Source: an uncultured bacterium | GTDB lineage: Bacteria; Edwardsbacteria; AC1; EtOH8 | Assembly (NCBI GenBank): GCA_963780225.1 | Contig: CAWAAX010000006.1 | Coordinates: 148,603-212,602 of the forward strand | Direction of reading: 5' to 3' | DNA: 64,000 bases | Shown: positions 50,922 to 61,024 of the stretch, piece by piece | Layout: every line of letters starts with the position of its first letter | How positions within the stretch are numbered: position 1 is the first letter of the stretch | Position numbers and translations under genes: made by a program | Notes under the pieces: model-generated | Databases searched by the model: none | Seen by the model: only the letters and a program-made list of their open reading frames with translations | What the model was told of the DNA's origin: nothing

Positions 50922-51077
50922 GAGAGGGAAGCTGGAAGGCAGGGTGAGGTCAAAGACGGGGCGGGTCAATTGCATTGACCCGCCCCGTTAACGTTGGACC
51001 GCCTGGTGCTTCGGACCTCACCCTCGATCCCTCTCCAAAAGCATTTGGAGAGGGAAGCCGATAGGCAGGGTGAGGTC
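50887..51077. repeat. Two CCTCACCCT..CCCTCTCC..GGAGAGGG..AGGGTGAGG palindromic repeats flanking a perfect 15-bp-stem hairpin
   Basis: Copies at 50887-50952 and 51014-51077; hairpin 50956-50988; related copy at 53938-53992. Confidence 0.8.
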
Positions 51078-53893
51078 TAAAACTCCTTCTTCAAATACTG
51101 CCCGGTATACGACCCCTTGTCGGCCGCCACCTGTTCCGGGGTGCCGCAGGCCAGCAGTTGCCCGCCCTCGTCGCCGCCCTCGGGGCCCAGGTCAATTATC
51201 CAGTCGCAGGATTTTACCACGTCCAGGTTGTGCTCTATCACTATCACGGTGTTGCCCATGTCGGCCAGACGGTGCAGCACCGCCAGCAGCATCTTGACGT
51301 CCTCAAAGTGCAGGCCGGTGGTGGGCTCGTCCAATATGTACAGGGTCTTGCCGGTGGCTATCTTGGACAGCTCGGCCGAGAGCTTTACCCGCTGGGCCTC
51401 GCCGCCGGACAAGGTCGTGGCCGACTGCCCCAGCTGAATATACCCCAGGCCCACGTCGGCCAGAGTGGTCAGCTTGCGGGCCACCTTGGGGATGTTGGCA
51501 AAGAACCCCTGGGCCTCGGCCACGGTCATCCGCAGGATCTCGGCTATGTTCTTGCCCTTGTAAAGCACCTCCAGGGTCTCCCGATTGTAGCGCTGGCCCT
51601 TGCAGACCTCGCAGGGGACGTAGACGTCCGGCAGGAAATGCATCTCTATCTTCACTATCCCGTCGCCCTCGCAGGCCTCGCAGCGCCCGCCTTTGACGTT
51701 GAAGGAGAACCTTCCGTTGGCGTAGCCCCGCAGTTTGGACTCCTGGGTCATGGCAAAAAGCTCGCGCAGGGTGGTGAACAGCCCGGTGTAGGTGGCGGGG
51801 TTGGAGCGGGGGGTGCGCCCGATGGGCGACTGGTCGATGTTGATCACCTTGTCCAAATTCTCCCAGCCCTCCATTTTCCGGTGCTTGCCGGGCTGGGTGC
51901 GGGAACGGTACAGCTTTTGGGCCAGCGCCTGGTACAGGGTGTCGTTTATCAAAGTGCTCTTGCCGGAGCCGGAGACCCCGGTAATGCCGATCAGCTTGGC
52001 CAGCGGGAACTCCACGTCCAGATCCTTTAGATTGTTCTCCCGGCAGCCCAAAAGTTTAAGGCTGAGCTTGTTCCCTGCCCGCCGCTTCTTGGGCACCGGG
52101 ATCTTCCTGGTCCCGGCCAGGTACTGCCCGGTCAATGATGCCTTGGTCTGCATCACCTTTTTGGGGGTGCCCAGGGCCACGATCTCGCCGCCGCCGGCCC
52201 CGGCCCCCGGGCCCAGGTCAACTATGAAATCGGCGGCCAGCATGGTCTCCTTGTCGTGCTCCACCACTATCACGGTGTTGCCGATGTCCCGCAGTTTTAT
52301 CAGGGTGTTCAGCAGTTTCACGTTGTCCCGCTGGTGCAGGCCGATGGAGGGCTCGTCCAGCACATACAGCACTCCGGTCAGCGAGGCGCCGATCTGGGTG
52401 GCCAGGTGGATGCGCTGGGCCTCGCCCCCGGACAGCGATTCCGAGTGCCGGTCCAAAGACAGGTAGTCCAGCCCCACGTCGGTTAAAAAGCCTAAGCGGG
52501 AGTTGATCTCCTTAAGCACCTGCTTGGCGATGGTCTTTTCCTTGTCGCTCAGTTTCAGCTCGGAGCCGAAGAACAGCCGGGAGTTCTTCACCGACAGCTT
52601 TGACAGTTCGTTGATGGACCTTCCGGCCACCTTCACCGCCAGGGATTCCGGCTTCAATCGCGCCCCCAAACAGACCGGGCAGGGCAGGATGGACATGAAC
52701 TTCTCCACCTCGTAGCGGACGTAGTCGGAGTCGGTCTGGTGGTAGCGGCGCATCATCATGGGGATGATGCCCTCGAACTTTTTGTTGTACTGGTAGACGT
52801 TGTCATTTGAGGCCGACTCGTAGCGGACCTTGACCTCCTTGTCCGTTCCGTAGAGCAGAATGTCCCGGTTCTTCTGGGACATTTTGCCCCAGGGCTCGTC
52901 CAGCGAAAAACTGTAGGCCTTGGCCACCGCCTCCAGATGGCTGCCTATCCAGTGGCCCATGGGGTCGCCGTAGTGGGAGATGGCCCCCTGGTTGACGGTC
53001 AACTCCGGGTTGTGGACCAAAGCCTCGGGGTCTATCTCCATTTTTGTTCCCAGCCCGGAGCAGGCCGGGCAGGCCCCGAAGGGGCTGTTAAAGGAGAACA
53101 TCCTGGGCGAAAGCTCGCCCAGCGAGATATGGCACTTGGTGCAGGAGAGCTTTTCGCTGTAAAGCACTTCCTGCTTGTCGTTGTAAATGGCCGCCACCAG
53201 GCCTTCCGAGAGTTTTAGGGCCACCTCCAGCGAGTCGGCGATCCGCTTCTGCGACTTGGGGCTGATGGTCATCCGGTCCACCACCGCGTCTATGGCGTGC
53301 TTCTTGTTCTTGTCCAGAACGGGCAGGGCGTCGATGTCATAAAGCTTCTTGTCTATCCGCACCCGCACAAAGCCCTCCCGCCGCAGTTTGTCGAACAGCT
53401 CCCGGTACTCGCCCTTGCGGCTCTGGATCAGCGGGGCCAAAATGGCCAGCTTGGTGCCCTCGGGCTGTTCCAGAATGGCGTCGGTGATCTGCTGGACGGT
53501 CTGCGACGAGATGGGCTGGCCGCACTTGGGGCAGTGGGGGCGGCCTATCCGGGCGAACAGCAGGCGAAGATAGTCGTGGATCTCGGTGACCGTGCCCACG
53601 GTGGAGCGGGGGTTCTTGCTGGCCGCTCTTTGCTCGATGGCTATGGCCGGGGACAGCCCGTCTATGAAGTCCAGGTCGGGCTTCTCCATCAAACCCAGGA
53701 ACTGGCGGGCGTAGGCCGACAGCGATTCCACGTAGCGGCGCTGGCCCTCGGCGTAAATGGTGTCGAAGGCCAGGGAGGATTTTCCCGAGCCGGACAGCCC
53801 GGTGATCACCACCAGCTGGTCGCGCGGTATCTCCAGGTCTATGTTCTTGAGGTTGTGCTCCCGGGCCCCCCGGATGGTCAGTTTGTCCATCAT
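51077..53893 (-). CDS. uvrA: Excinuclease ABC subunit A
   Basis: [22 protein letters not shown], two LSGGEAQR signatures, Zn fingers. Confidence 0.98.
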   Translation of the reverse strand: MMDKLTIRGAREHNLKNIDLEIPRDQLVVITGLSGSGKSSLAFDTIYAEGQRRYVESLSAYARQFLGLMEKPDLDFIDGLSPAIAIEQRAASKNPRSTVGTVTEIHDYLRLLFARIGRPHCPKCGQPISSQTVQQITDAILEQPEGTKLAILAPLIQSRKGEYRELFDKLRREGFVRVRIDKKLYDIDALPVLDKNKKHAIDAVVDRMTISPKSQKRIADSLEVALKLSEGLVAAIYNDKQEVLYSEKLSCTKCHISLGELSPRMFSFNSPFGACPACSGLGTKMEIDPEALVHNPELTVNQGAISHYGDPMGHWIGSHLEAVAKAYSFSLDEPWGKMSQKNRDILLYGTDKEVKVRYESASNDNVYQYNKKFEGIIPMMMRRYHQTDSDYVRYEVEKFMSILPCPVCLGARLKPESLAVKVAGRSINELSKLSVKNSRLFFGSELKLSDKEKTIAKQVLKEINSRLGFLTDVGLDYLSLDRHSESLSGGEAQRIHLATQIGASLTGVLYVLDEPSIGLHQRDNVKLLNTLIKLRDIGNTVIVVEHDKETMLAADFIVDLGPGAGAGGGEIVALGTPKKVMQTKASLTGQYLAGTRKIPVPKKRRAGNKLSLKLLGCRENNLKDLDVEFPLAKLIGITGVSGSGKSTLINDTLYQALAQKLYRSRTQPGKHRKMEGWENLDKVINIDQSPIGRTPRSNPATYTGLFTTLRELFAMTQESKLRGYANGRFSFNVKGGRCEACEGDGIVKIEMHFLPDVYVPCEVCKGQRYNRETLEVLYKGKNIAEILRMTVAEAQGFFANIPKVARKLTTLADVGLGYIQLGQSATTLSGGEAQRVKLSAELSKIATGKTLYILDEPTTGLHFEDVKMLLAVLHRLADMGNTVIVIEHNLDVVKSCDWIIDLGPEGGDEGGQLLACGTPEQVAADKGSYTGQYLKKEF

Positions 53894-54026
53894 GTGATTG
53901 GATGTCCTAAAAAAGATTGATGATTAAAAAAACATATAACTCATCCCCAGTCCCCTTCTCTTGGGAAGAGAAGGGGTTCAAGGGGTTGAGTTCAGAGACC
54001 GGGTCTTGGTAAAAAGGCAACCTTTG

Positions 54027-54055
54027 ATTATATTAGCATTTGGGGCAAATGTCAA
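54027..54055 (-). promoter_or_regulatory. Consensus sigma70 promoter of uvrA
   Basis: Minus strand TTGACA-17 bp-TATAAT. Confidence 0.8.
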
Positions 54056-54168
54056 GGGACGACCTCATTCACTACAATTCAGACAGTGGGAAGCTAATCG
54101 GGGCGGATTTGTCCAAAAGCATATATGCCCAAAATAGAGCAGGTGGAAATACCCGTTTGTAGATCCAA

Positions 54169-54301
54169 ATTGCCACGAGCTTTAGCTCGTGGGTTAGTAT
54201 CGGGAAAAAATCCTCCGGGGTTTGAACCCCCTTCCAAATGTGGGGCTAAAGCCCAAAATCTTTCTGGCTTTTCGTTATCACGACCTGAAGGTCGTGGCAA
54301 T
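54169..54301. mobile_element. REPIN/PATE-like four-palindrome element, copy 2
   Basis: Same four palindromes in the same order as 34513-34664. Confidence 0.7.
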
Positions 54302-54466
54302 GTTATCCCGGCTTCTTACCAATTATATAGTTTTCACTGTTTGGTAACGGCAGGGTGAGGCCAAAATAATCATTGATTTTTTCCCAATATATAGTATCAT
54401 TAACCCTCAAACCAGTTTCAATCATCAAAAATCAAATCACAAGCCACAAACCACCGGAGAAGCCAA

Positions 54467-55378
54467 ATGCCCGCCAGCAATTATTACCTGGAACACTGGA
54501 TGGACGAGATCCACCTGCACGGGGTCAAAAGGACCGTGGTCAGCACCCAGACCAAATACCAGAAGATAGACATCGTGGACACCAGCAACTACGGGCGCTG
54601 CCTGTTCCTGGACGAGCGGATGCAGAGCTCGGAGAAGGATTCCTTCATCTACCACGAGGCTTTGGTGCACCCGCCGCTGCTGCTGCATCCCGACCCCAAG
54701 AAGGTGATGATCGTGGGCGGGGGGGAGGGCGAGACCCTGCGCGACATCCTTAAGCACAAAAGCGTCAAGCAGGCGGTGATGGTGGACATCGACAAGCAGC
54801 TGGTGGACTTCTGCCGCAAGGAACTGCCGGAATGGGCCGGGAAAGCCTTCACCGACAAGCGTTCCAAGATACTTTACATGGACGCCCGGACCTATCTGGA
54901 GAAGACCAAGGAGAAGTACGACGTCATCATCATAGACCTGACCGAGCCCATCGAGGGCGGCCCGTCCTTCAAGCTTTATACCAAGGAATTCTACCAGCTG
55001 ATCCACAGCCGGCTGACCGAGCACGGCATCATCACCCTCCAGGCCGGCACCACCCGGGTCCACGACACCGACATGCTGACCGCCATCGCCAAGACCATCG
55101 CCGCGGCCTTCCCGGTGGTCAACATCTACCAGGTGATCATCCCCTCGTTCGGACTGCCCTGGGGCTTCATCATGGGCTCCAAGACCTACGATCCTTTGAC
55201 CTATTCCCCGGCCCAGATAGACCACCTGATCCAAAAGCGGGGCTTGAAGAATCTGGAATACTACGACGGCGTCACCCACATGAGCATGTTCTGCCTGCCC
55301 AAATTCCTGCGGAAGGATTTTGAGAAACAGCAGAGGGTGATCACGGACAAGAAACTGATGACGGCCAAGTTCGAGTGA
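54467..55378 (+). CDS. speE: Polyamine aminopropyltransferase (spermidine synthase family)
   Basis: TKYQKI, YHEALVHP, IVGGGEG, VDID, DVIIIDLTEP. Confidence 0.93.
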   Translation: MPASNYYLEHWMDEIHLHGVKRTVVSTQTKYQKIDIVDTSNYGRCLFLDERMQSSEKDSFIYHEALVHPPLLLHPDPKKVMIVGGGEGETLRDILKHKSVKQAVMVDIDKQLVDFCRKELPEWAGKAFTDKRSKILYMDARTYLEKTKEKYDVIIIDLTEPIEGGPSFKLYTKEFYQLIHSRLTEHGIITLQAGTTRVHDTDMLTAIAKTIAAAFPVVNIYQVIIPSFGLPWGFIMGSKTYDPLTYSPAQIDHLIQKRGLKNLEYYDGVTHMSMFCLPKFLRKDFEKQQRVITDKKLMTAKFE

Positions 55379-55525
55379 GGAACGCTCCCACGAAACCCAC
55401 GAAAAGGCGCGAAAAATATTACTCACACAAAGACACAGAGATCACTAAGGGCTATTCTTTTAATGTTTCATATTTATGTTTTCCTGAATTCCTGGTTTCC
55501 TTATAAAAAGCAGTTACGAGTTTAA

Positions 55526-56998
55526 ATGAAACACCGCACATCCCCCAACCGTTCCCCCCAGAGCCGGGCCCCGCTATTCGAGGCCCTGGCCGGCTATGTC
55601 AAACAGCCCAAGGTGGCCTTTCACACCCCCGGCCACAAGCAGGGCAAGGGCATAGACCCGGCCTGGCGCCAGCTGGTGGGCGACAACATCTTCCGGATGG
55701 ACCTGACCGTCCTGCCGGAGACCGACTGCCTGTTCCATCCCACCGGCGTGCTAAAGCAGGCCCAGGCCCTGGCCGCCAAGGCCTACCAGGCCGACCACAG
55801 CTATTTTCTGGTCAACGGCTCCACCGGCGGCAACCTGGCCATGCTGATGGGCGTGCTGTTCCCCGGCGACAAGATCATCGTTCCCCGGCACACCCACAAG
55901 TCGGTGATCGCCGGGCTGATCATGTCCGGGGCCCTGCCGGTCTACATCCATCCCGAGATCAACCAGCAGTGGGGGCTTATCCTCAACGTCTCGCCGGAGT
56001 CGGTGGAGCGGGCCATGGAAAAGAACCCTGGGGCCCGGGCGGTGTTCGTCTCCTCGCCCACCTATCACGGCATCTGCTGCGACCTGGAGAAGATAGTGAA
56101 GGCGGCCCATGTCAACGACCGGGTGGTGATGGTGGACCAGGCCCACGGCCCGCATTTCCTGTTCCACCCCGGCCTGCCCACCTCGGCCATGGAGGCCGGG
56201 GCCGACATCTGCGTGGAGAGCACCCACAAGCTGGTCTCCGGCCTGACCCAGGCCTCCATGCTGCACGTCAAGGGCCCCAACATAGACATCCGGGACCTGG
56301 AGGAGGTCCTTCTGCTGACCCAGAGCACCAGCCCGTCCTATCTGCTGATGGCCTCGCTGGACCTGGCCCGCCGGCAGATGGCTTTGCACGGCCGGGAACT
56401 GCTGGAAAGATCCATCAAGATCTCGGTCAAACTGAAAAAGGACATCAACGCCGTCAAAGGACTGTACTGCCTGAATCCCGAGGACGTCAAGCCGTTCAAG
56501 CTGGACCCGTCCAAATTGATCGTGTTCGTGGACAAGCTGGGATTGACCGGCTACCAGGCCAGCCAGATACTTAATGAAAAATACAACATCCAGGCCGAGA
56601 TGGCCGACTGGGACCACGTGGCCTTCATCTTCACTTTGGCCGATGGCCAGGCCGAGGCCGATAAACTGCTGGCGGCGCTGAAGGCGCTGGCCGGCTCCTG
56701 CCAGCCCAACGCCCGGCTGAAGAAATTAGACATCCAGTTCCCGTCCAACTATCCCGCCATGTCGCTGACCCCGCGCGAGGCCTTCTTTGCCGGTTACAAG
56801 ACCATACCCTTAAAGGATTCAGTGGGCGAGATCTCCACCGAATTCTTCACCGTCTATCCGCCGGGCATCCCGGTGATAGTGCCGGGCGAGCGGATCACCA
56901 GGGAGGCGGTGGAGTACCTGAGGGAGATGAAGAAGATCGGGGCCATCTTAGTGGGGCCGGAGGCCGGCCAGCCTGGGAAGATAAGAGTCGTAGCTTGA
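55526..56998 (+). CDS. Fold-type I Arg/Lys/Orn decarboxylase
   Basis: FHTPGHK, LVNGST, STHK PLP lysine, STSPSY, YPPGIP. Confidence 0.92.
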   Translation: MKHRTSPNRSPQSRAPLFEALAGYVKQPKVAFHTPGHKQGKGIDPAWRQLVGDNIFRMDLTVLPETDCLFHPTGVLKQAQALAAKAYQADHSYFLVNGSTGGNLAMLMGVLFPGDKIIVPRHTHKSVIAGLIMSGALPVYIHPEINQQWGLILNVSPESVERAMEKNPGARAVFVSSPTYHGICCDLEKIVKAAHVNDRVVMVDQAHGPHFLFHPGLPTSAMEAGADICVESTHKLVSGLTQASMLHVKGPNIDIRDLEEVLLLTQSTSPSYLLMASLDLARRQMALHGRELLERSIKISVKLKKDINAVKGLYCLNPEDVKPFKLDPSKLIVFVDKLGLTGYQASQILNEKYNIQAEMADWDHVAFIFTLADGQAEADKLLAALKALAGSCQPNARLKKLDIQFPSNYPAMSLTPREAFFAGYKTIPLKDSVGEISTEFFTVYPPGIPVIVPGERITREAVEYLREMKKIGAILVGPEAGQPGKIRVVA

Positions 56999-57223
56999 TA
57001 CCGGGGATCTAACGGGACGCTGACTTCGACAAGCTCAGTCGAACGATTGACGCGGACGTCGTAGTGAGCGTTAGTCGAACTATTCACGCGGATCATATTT
57101 TTCTATCCTTTGCCCACTAAATATCACGAAAGGGTTTACTTGGATAAATATTATCCCCGGTAAATCATGTTAATCCTGTCTGTCCCCGGTAAAGATAATC
57201 ATTTCCCACCGGTGCCCAAGTAC

Positions 57224-57252
57224 TTGACAAATCGCATTTTTGGAGTGATAAT
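57224..57252 (+). promoter_or_regulatory. sigma70-type promoter
   Basis: TTGACA-17 bp-GATAAT. Confidence 0.65.
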
Positions 57253-57313
57253 TACTAATCTTTGAAAACAAACGGCCAATAAACAAATCTCAATAAACAA
57301 GGAGCGACCTAAA

Positions 57314-57427
57314 ATGTGCAATTGTTGCGGATGCGGAAGCAAAGTGGACTACAAGTGCGATGACTGCGGCAAGACCTCCAAGGTTCCCAAGGAGTGCTGC
57401 GGCAAACCGATGAAGAAGCAGAAATAA
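57314..57427 (+). CDS. 37-aa, 8-Cys metal-binding microprotein (absent from the ORF track): MCNCCGCGSKVDYKCDDCGKTSKVPKECCGKPMKKQK
   Basis: AAGGAG RBS at 57299-304; YKCxxC...CCGxPM desulforedoxin-like motif plus N-terminal CNCCGC. Confidence 0.85.
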   Translation: MCNCCGCGSKVDYKCDDCGKTSKVPKECCGKPMKKQK

Positions 57428-57439
57428 GCTGACAGCCTT

Positions 57440-57661
57440 ATGGACCAGATCACCAAGGAAATGACCATCATGGAGGTGGTCAACCAGTTCCCCAAGACCA
57501 TCAAGGTATTTTACTCGCACGGCCTCTTTTGCATCGGCTGTAGCGTGGCCTACCGGGAAACGGTGGAACAGGGGGCGATGACCCACGGGTTGGATCCCGA
57601 AAAATTAGTGGTTGAGCTGAATGCCTCGATCAAGGAATCCGATCCGGCGGAGAAAAAATAA
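57440..57661 (+). CDS. DUF1858 domain protein
   Basis: ITKEMTI.EVV..FP....VF..HGL.CIGC....ETVEQGA..HG.D...L..ELN. Confidence 0.9.
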   Translation: MDQITKEMTIMEVVNQFPKTIKVFYSHGLFCIGCSVAYRETVEQGAMTHGLDPEKLVVELNASIKESDPAEKK

Positions 57662-57670
57662 GTTGTCTGT

Positions 57671-57705
57671 AAAAAAGCGGCCTGTGGAAAACAGGCCGCT
57701 TTTTT
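57671..57705. terminator. Bidirectional rho-independent terminator
   Basis: AAAAAAGCGGCCTGT-GGAAA-ACAGGCCGCTTTTTT. Confidence 0.88.
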
Positions 57706-57820
57706 GTTTGCCTGCTCGTCAGAGGTAAACTATAAAAGCGCTGTTACCTAAAAAAGAGTTTATACCATTCCATTCAAGATAAGCAAAAAGAGGCTGTAAA
57801 AATAGATGACGGCCTGTCTA

Positions 57821-57849
57821 TTGACAAAGGCCTAAACCGGGCTTATATT
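57821..57849 (+). promoter_or_regulatory. sigma70-type promoter with no nearby ORF
   Basis: TTGACA-17 bp-TATATT. Confidence 0.55.
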
Positions 57850-58094
57850 GGTTATAGTGAATTTCATCTTGTTTGCGGGTTGCAAAACCCCTGTTACCTG
57901 CCTGATGACAAAGCGCTAAACCCGAGTATACCGGAACAGGTATTAATAAATGGTTATATAGCTAATATAGAAACAGTCCGTCTGCCGGTTTGTCAGCCGT
58001 AGCAGCCACGAATGAGGAAGACAGCCTGTGCTCCGAAGTAAGGCGTAGGAGCAGAAAACAGGAATCTATCAGGGTTTTCACAGTTAAGGGCTCA

Positions 58095-58192
58095 TGGTTC
58101 GACTAGCTCACCACAAGTGGTTCGACTGAGCGTTCGACTGAGCTTACGCCGAAGTCTTACGCCGAAGTCTCACGCCGAAATCCTGCCGAAGT
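58095..58192. repeat. Self-nested copies of a 24-bp element GTTCGACTGAGCT(T/C)ACGCCGAAGT
   Basis: Inner copy 58132-58155 is the reverse complement (1 mismatch) of 20554-20577. Confidence 0.7.
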
Positions 58193-58358
58193 ACTGATAC
58201 CATTAATAATAAGACAAAAGAGCATTCCTTATGTAAGCAATAAATTCAAGCCAACTGTAGTATAAAGGTTCCTTTTAAAGTTAATTAAGTGAGCTCGATT
58301 AAGCCTGAAAGTCGTAATAATGTAATAATTGTTAATGTCTTATACCCTTAGCATGCAG

Positions 58359-58374
58359 TGGCACAGAAATTGCA
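58359..58374 (+). promoter_or_regulatory. sigma54 promoter, consensus
   Basis: TGGCACAGAAATTGCA = TGGCAC-N5-TTGCA. Confidence 0.85.
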
Positions 58375-58427
58375 ATATAATGTTGTGAAACAAAAAACAT
58401 TAAATATCAGAAATAGAAGGAGATCTA

Positions 58428-59873
58428 ATGAAAAACATAATTCAGCAGGAAAAAGGCATTGCTTTGGTGATAGCTTTGATGTTGCTGTTGGTGATGTCGG
58501 TAATGGTGTCGGGGTTTATGCTGACCATCGTTACCGAGCAAAAGATGGGCGGCAACCAGGTGCGCTATGTGACAGCTTTGAATCTGGCCGAAGCCGGCAT
58601 CAGCGAAGTATCGGCCCGTTTGAACCTGCCAAGCGGCGCAAATGCCATCGCCGAGGACAAGCCTGAAAGTGTCGACTGGGAGGCCAGGTTAATTAACGAA
58701 ACCAACCTGCCGGGAACGCCTACCGGCACCCATATCCAGTATTTTCCCACTTTGCTGGCCGGCACCACCAACCAGTTGAACTATACCGTCAGCGACATTA
58801 ACAGCGCCGACACCCAGTATGTTTTAACCGCCAAATATAAAACCAACAGCGCCGGGACGGCCATTTATTATTACGATTACGGCACCGGCACCCAGCGGCT
58901 GGTCAATGGCCCGCCGTTTGCAGCCCCCAACCAAAACTCCTTTCCCATCTGGGTGATCCGTTCCACCGGTATGGTGGGCAATGTCCGCCGCAGCGTGGAG
59001 GCGGAAGTGACCAAGAGAAAGGTAGAGATAAATGTTACCGCCGCGGTAGCCTGCAATGCCGGGGTATTTGCTACCGGCGCTTTTTCCGTTTGCGGCCACA
59101 ATCATTTAATGGCCATACCGGGAGGGGCAAGGGTTCAACAGGGCAATCACGATTTTCCCTGCCACGACGAATATTGGGAGGTTTGCGACCAGGATGCCGA
59201 TGGGTATTTGGCCGACAGTTGCCTGGCGGGCGGCTGCCTGCCTGGCATAACCACCACCGGAGCCGATAACGAACCGCCTAACGGCGGCGGCAGCGAGATT
59301 GGATATCCGGTCGGCAACAGCAAAACCGGGACTTTTAAGTACCTTTGGGAGGTGCTGGGCTTTGCTACTGAGGCGGAAATGAGGAGCGCCTATACTATTA
59401 CTAACCTTTCCACAAAAGGCGAAGTAGAAGCAAAGTATAATGCCGCTGGTAATGGCGGGTTTTTCGAATATACGGGGGATACTACCAGAAATGGAGTAGG
59501 GACCAGTGAATTATCCGTTACGGATTTTCCCGATTCCTGCGGAGGCATTTTATGGGTCCGGGGCCCGTTCAATGGAATTGGCGCCTGGGGGGGAGCTAAT
59601 CCCGGAGTTTTTAAGGGTTTGGTTTATGTAGACGGTGAATTTGTTACAAGTAATAAATTTTGGCTTTTGGGCGCTTTGATGGTTAATGGCGATGCCACAA
59701 CGTATGACGAAGTATCAAATAATGGCGGGAGCCCAGGACGAGGAATGCATATGCGCGGCAATGCCGATCTGCTTTATTCCAGCGAAACATTGCAATACAT
59801 TATGCAGCAGATAAGCAGCCATTCAAACGGCCTTAAGCAAATCTCCTGGCGGGAGATAGATATTCATAACTAA
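58428..59873 (+). CDS. PilX-like type IV minor pilin with a large C-terminal domain
   Basis: QQEKG/IALVIALMLLLVM prepilin site, ALNLAEAGI, IRSTG...RRSVEAEV, terminal SWRE. Confidence 0.85.
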   Translation: MKNIIQQEKGIALVIALMLLLVMSVMVSGFMLTIVTEQKMGGNQVRYVTALNLAEAGISEVSARLNLPSGANAIAEDKPESVDWEARLINETNLPGTPTGTHIQYFPTLLAGTTNQLNYTVSDINSADTQYVLTAKYKTNSAGTAIYYYDYGTGTQRLVNGPPFAAPNQNSFPIWVIRSTGMVGNVRRSVEAEVTKRKVEINVTAAVACNAGVFATGAFSVCGHNHLMAIPGGARVQQGNHDFPCHDEYWEVCDQDADGYLADSCLAGGCLPGITTTGADNEPPNGGGSEIGYPVGNSKTGTFKYLWEVLGFATEAEMRSAYTITNLSTKGEVEAKYNAAGNGGFFEYTGDTTRNGVGTSELSVTDFPDSCGGILWVRGPFNGIGAWGGANPGVFKGLVYVDGEFVTSNKFWLLGALMVNGDATTYDEVSNNGGSPGRGMHMRGNADLLYSSETLQYIMQQISSHSNGLKQISWREIDIHN

Positions 59874-59885
59874 ACAGGCAGTTTT

Positions 59886-59921
59886 AAAAGCCGTTCCGGA
59901 GCTTTCCGGAACGGCTTTTTT
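59886..59921. terminator. Rho-independent terminator
   Basis: AAAAGCCGTTCCGGA-GCTT-TCCGGAACGGCTTTTTT. Confidence 0.88.
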
Positions 59922-59983
59922 GTTTGACTGCGGAGGAAAAATATTATACAATACTGTGAACCTCAAATCAGGAGTATACCCAG

Positions 59984-60982
59984 ATGAAGCTCATAAAATT
60001 CTTTTTACCGGTCATATTAGCGCTTCTTGTGGCTTCGCCCAGCCTTGCCCAGAACGCCGATTCGGCCAACTACTACCTGAAACAGGCCGCCCAGGATTAT
60101 CAGGCGAAGGATTATCAGAAATCGGCCCAGGGTTACATTTCAGCGTTAAGGCATTATCCCGGCTATACGGCGGCAGTCTATAACACGGCCTGCTGTTACA
60201 GCCTTTTGAACAACAAGACTGAAGCCAATAAATGGCTGGAAAGTTCGGTGGACCTGGGCTATTACAAAATCGACCAGGACCAGGACCTGAATAACATTCG
60301 CAATACCAAGCAATATAAGAAGACCTTAATCCGGGCTCAAAAGCTGATGACCGAATTCAAAAACAAAATGGAAAATCCTGTCATTGGGCTGCCCCAGGAT
60401 TTCGATTCCGCCAAAACCTACGGCCTGCTGGTGGTCCTGCACGGCTACGGCAGCGACCCCAACAACTTAATGCAGGCCCTGGCCGGAGTACCGCAGAAGA
60501 TGGGTTATATCGTGCTGGCTCCCTACGGTCCTATGCCGGTGGGAAAGGACGGTTTCAACTGGGGCGATCGCGACACGGCCGAACAGAAGGTGCTGGCCGC
60601 CATAAAGACGGCGCAGGCCAAATACAAGATCGATGCTTCAAGGATAATACTGATGGGCTTTTCGCTGGGCGCCACCAATACTTATTACATCGGAACCAAG
60701 AACGCGGCGCTTTTCAGGGGCATCATTCCCATGGCCGGGATGTACGATTCCTCGCTGGACCAGTTCCTGCCCCGGAGCCGGGAGAATAATCTAAAAGTCT
60801 ATATCATGTTCGGGGAACTGGAGCCGGAGGCCATGCACAAGGCCAATCTGGAGGCCGTCAGGTCTTTCATGATGTCCGGCGTCACCGCTAGTCTGAATGT
60901 TTATGCACGGCTAGGGCATGCCTTTCCGCCCAACAAGGAATTCGAGCTGCAGCGGGCCATTGAATGGGTGGAAAAGAAATGA
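59984..60982 (+). CDS. Exported TPR + alpha/beta-hydrolase (phospholipase/carboxylesterase-like)
   Basis: Signal peptide; YNTACCYSL TPR; LHGYG, GFSLG nucleophile elbow, LGHAF. Confidence 0.85.
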   Translation: MKLIKFFLPVILALLVASPSLAQNADSANYYLKQAAQDYQAKDYQKSAQGYISALRHYPGYTAAVYNTACCYSLLNNKTEANKWLESSVDLGYYKIDQDQDLNNIRNTKQYKKTLIRAQKLMTEFKNKMENPVIGLPQDFDSAKTYGLLVVLHGYGSDPNNLMQALAGVPQKMGYIVLAPYGPMPVGKDGFNWGDRDTAEQKVLAAIKTAQAKYKIDASRIILMGFSLGATNTYYIGTKNAALFRGIIPMAGMYDSSLDQFLPRSRENNLKVYIMFGELEPEAMHKANLEAVRSFMMSGVTASLNVYARLGHAFPPNKEFELQRAIEWVEKK

Positions 60983-61024
60983 CCCATCGCTATTTGCGGG
61001 TATTCGCTACTTACTAATAATTAA

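Noticed and set aside
57890..57940. Hammerhead ribozyme or c-di-GMP-I riboswitch (CTGATGA; GACAAAGCGCTAAACC)
   Set aside because: Could not build the required stems or the conserved GAAA core; only partial motif resemblance
58236..58253. Divergent sigma54 promoter on the minus strand (TGGC...TTGC)
   Set aside because: GG to GC spacing is 12, not the required 10
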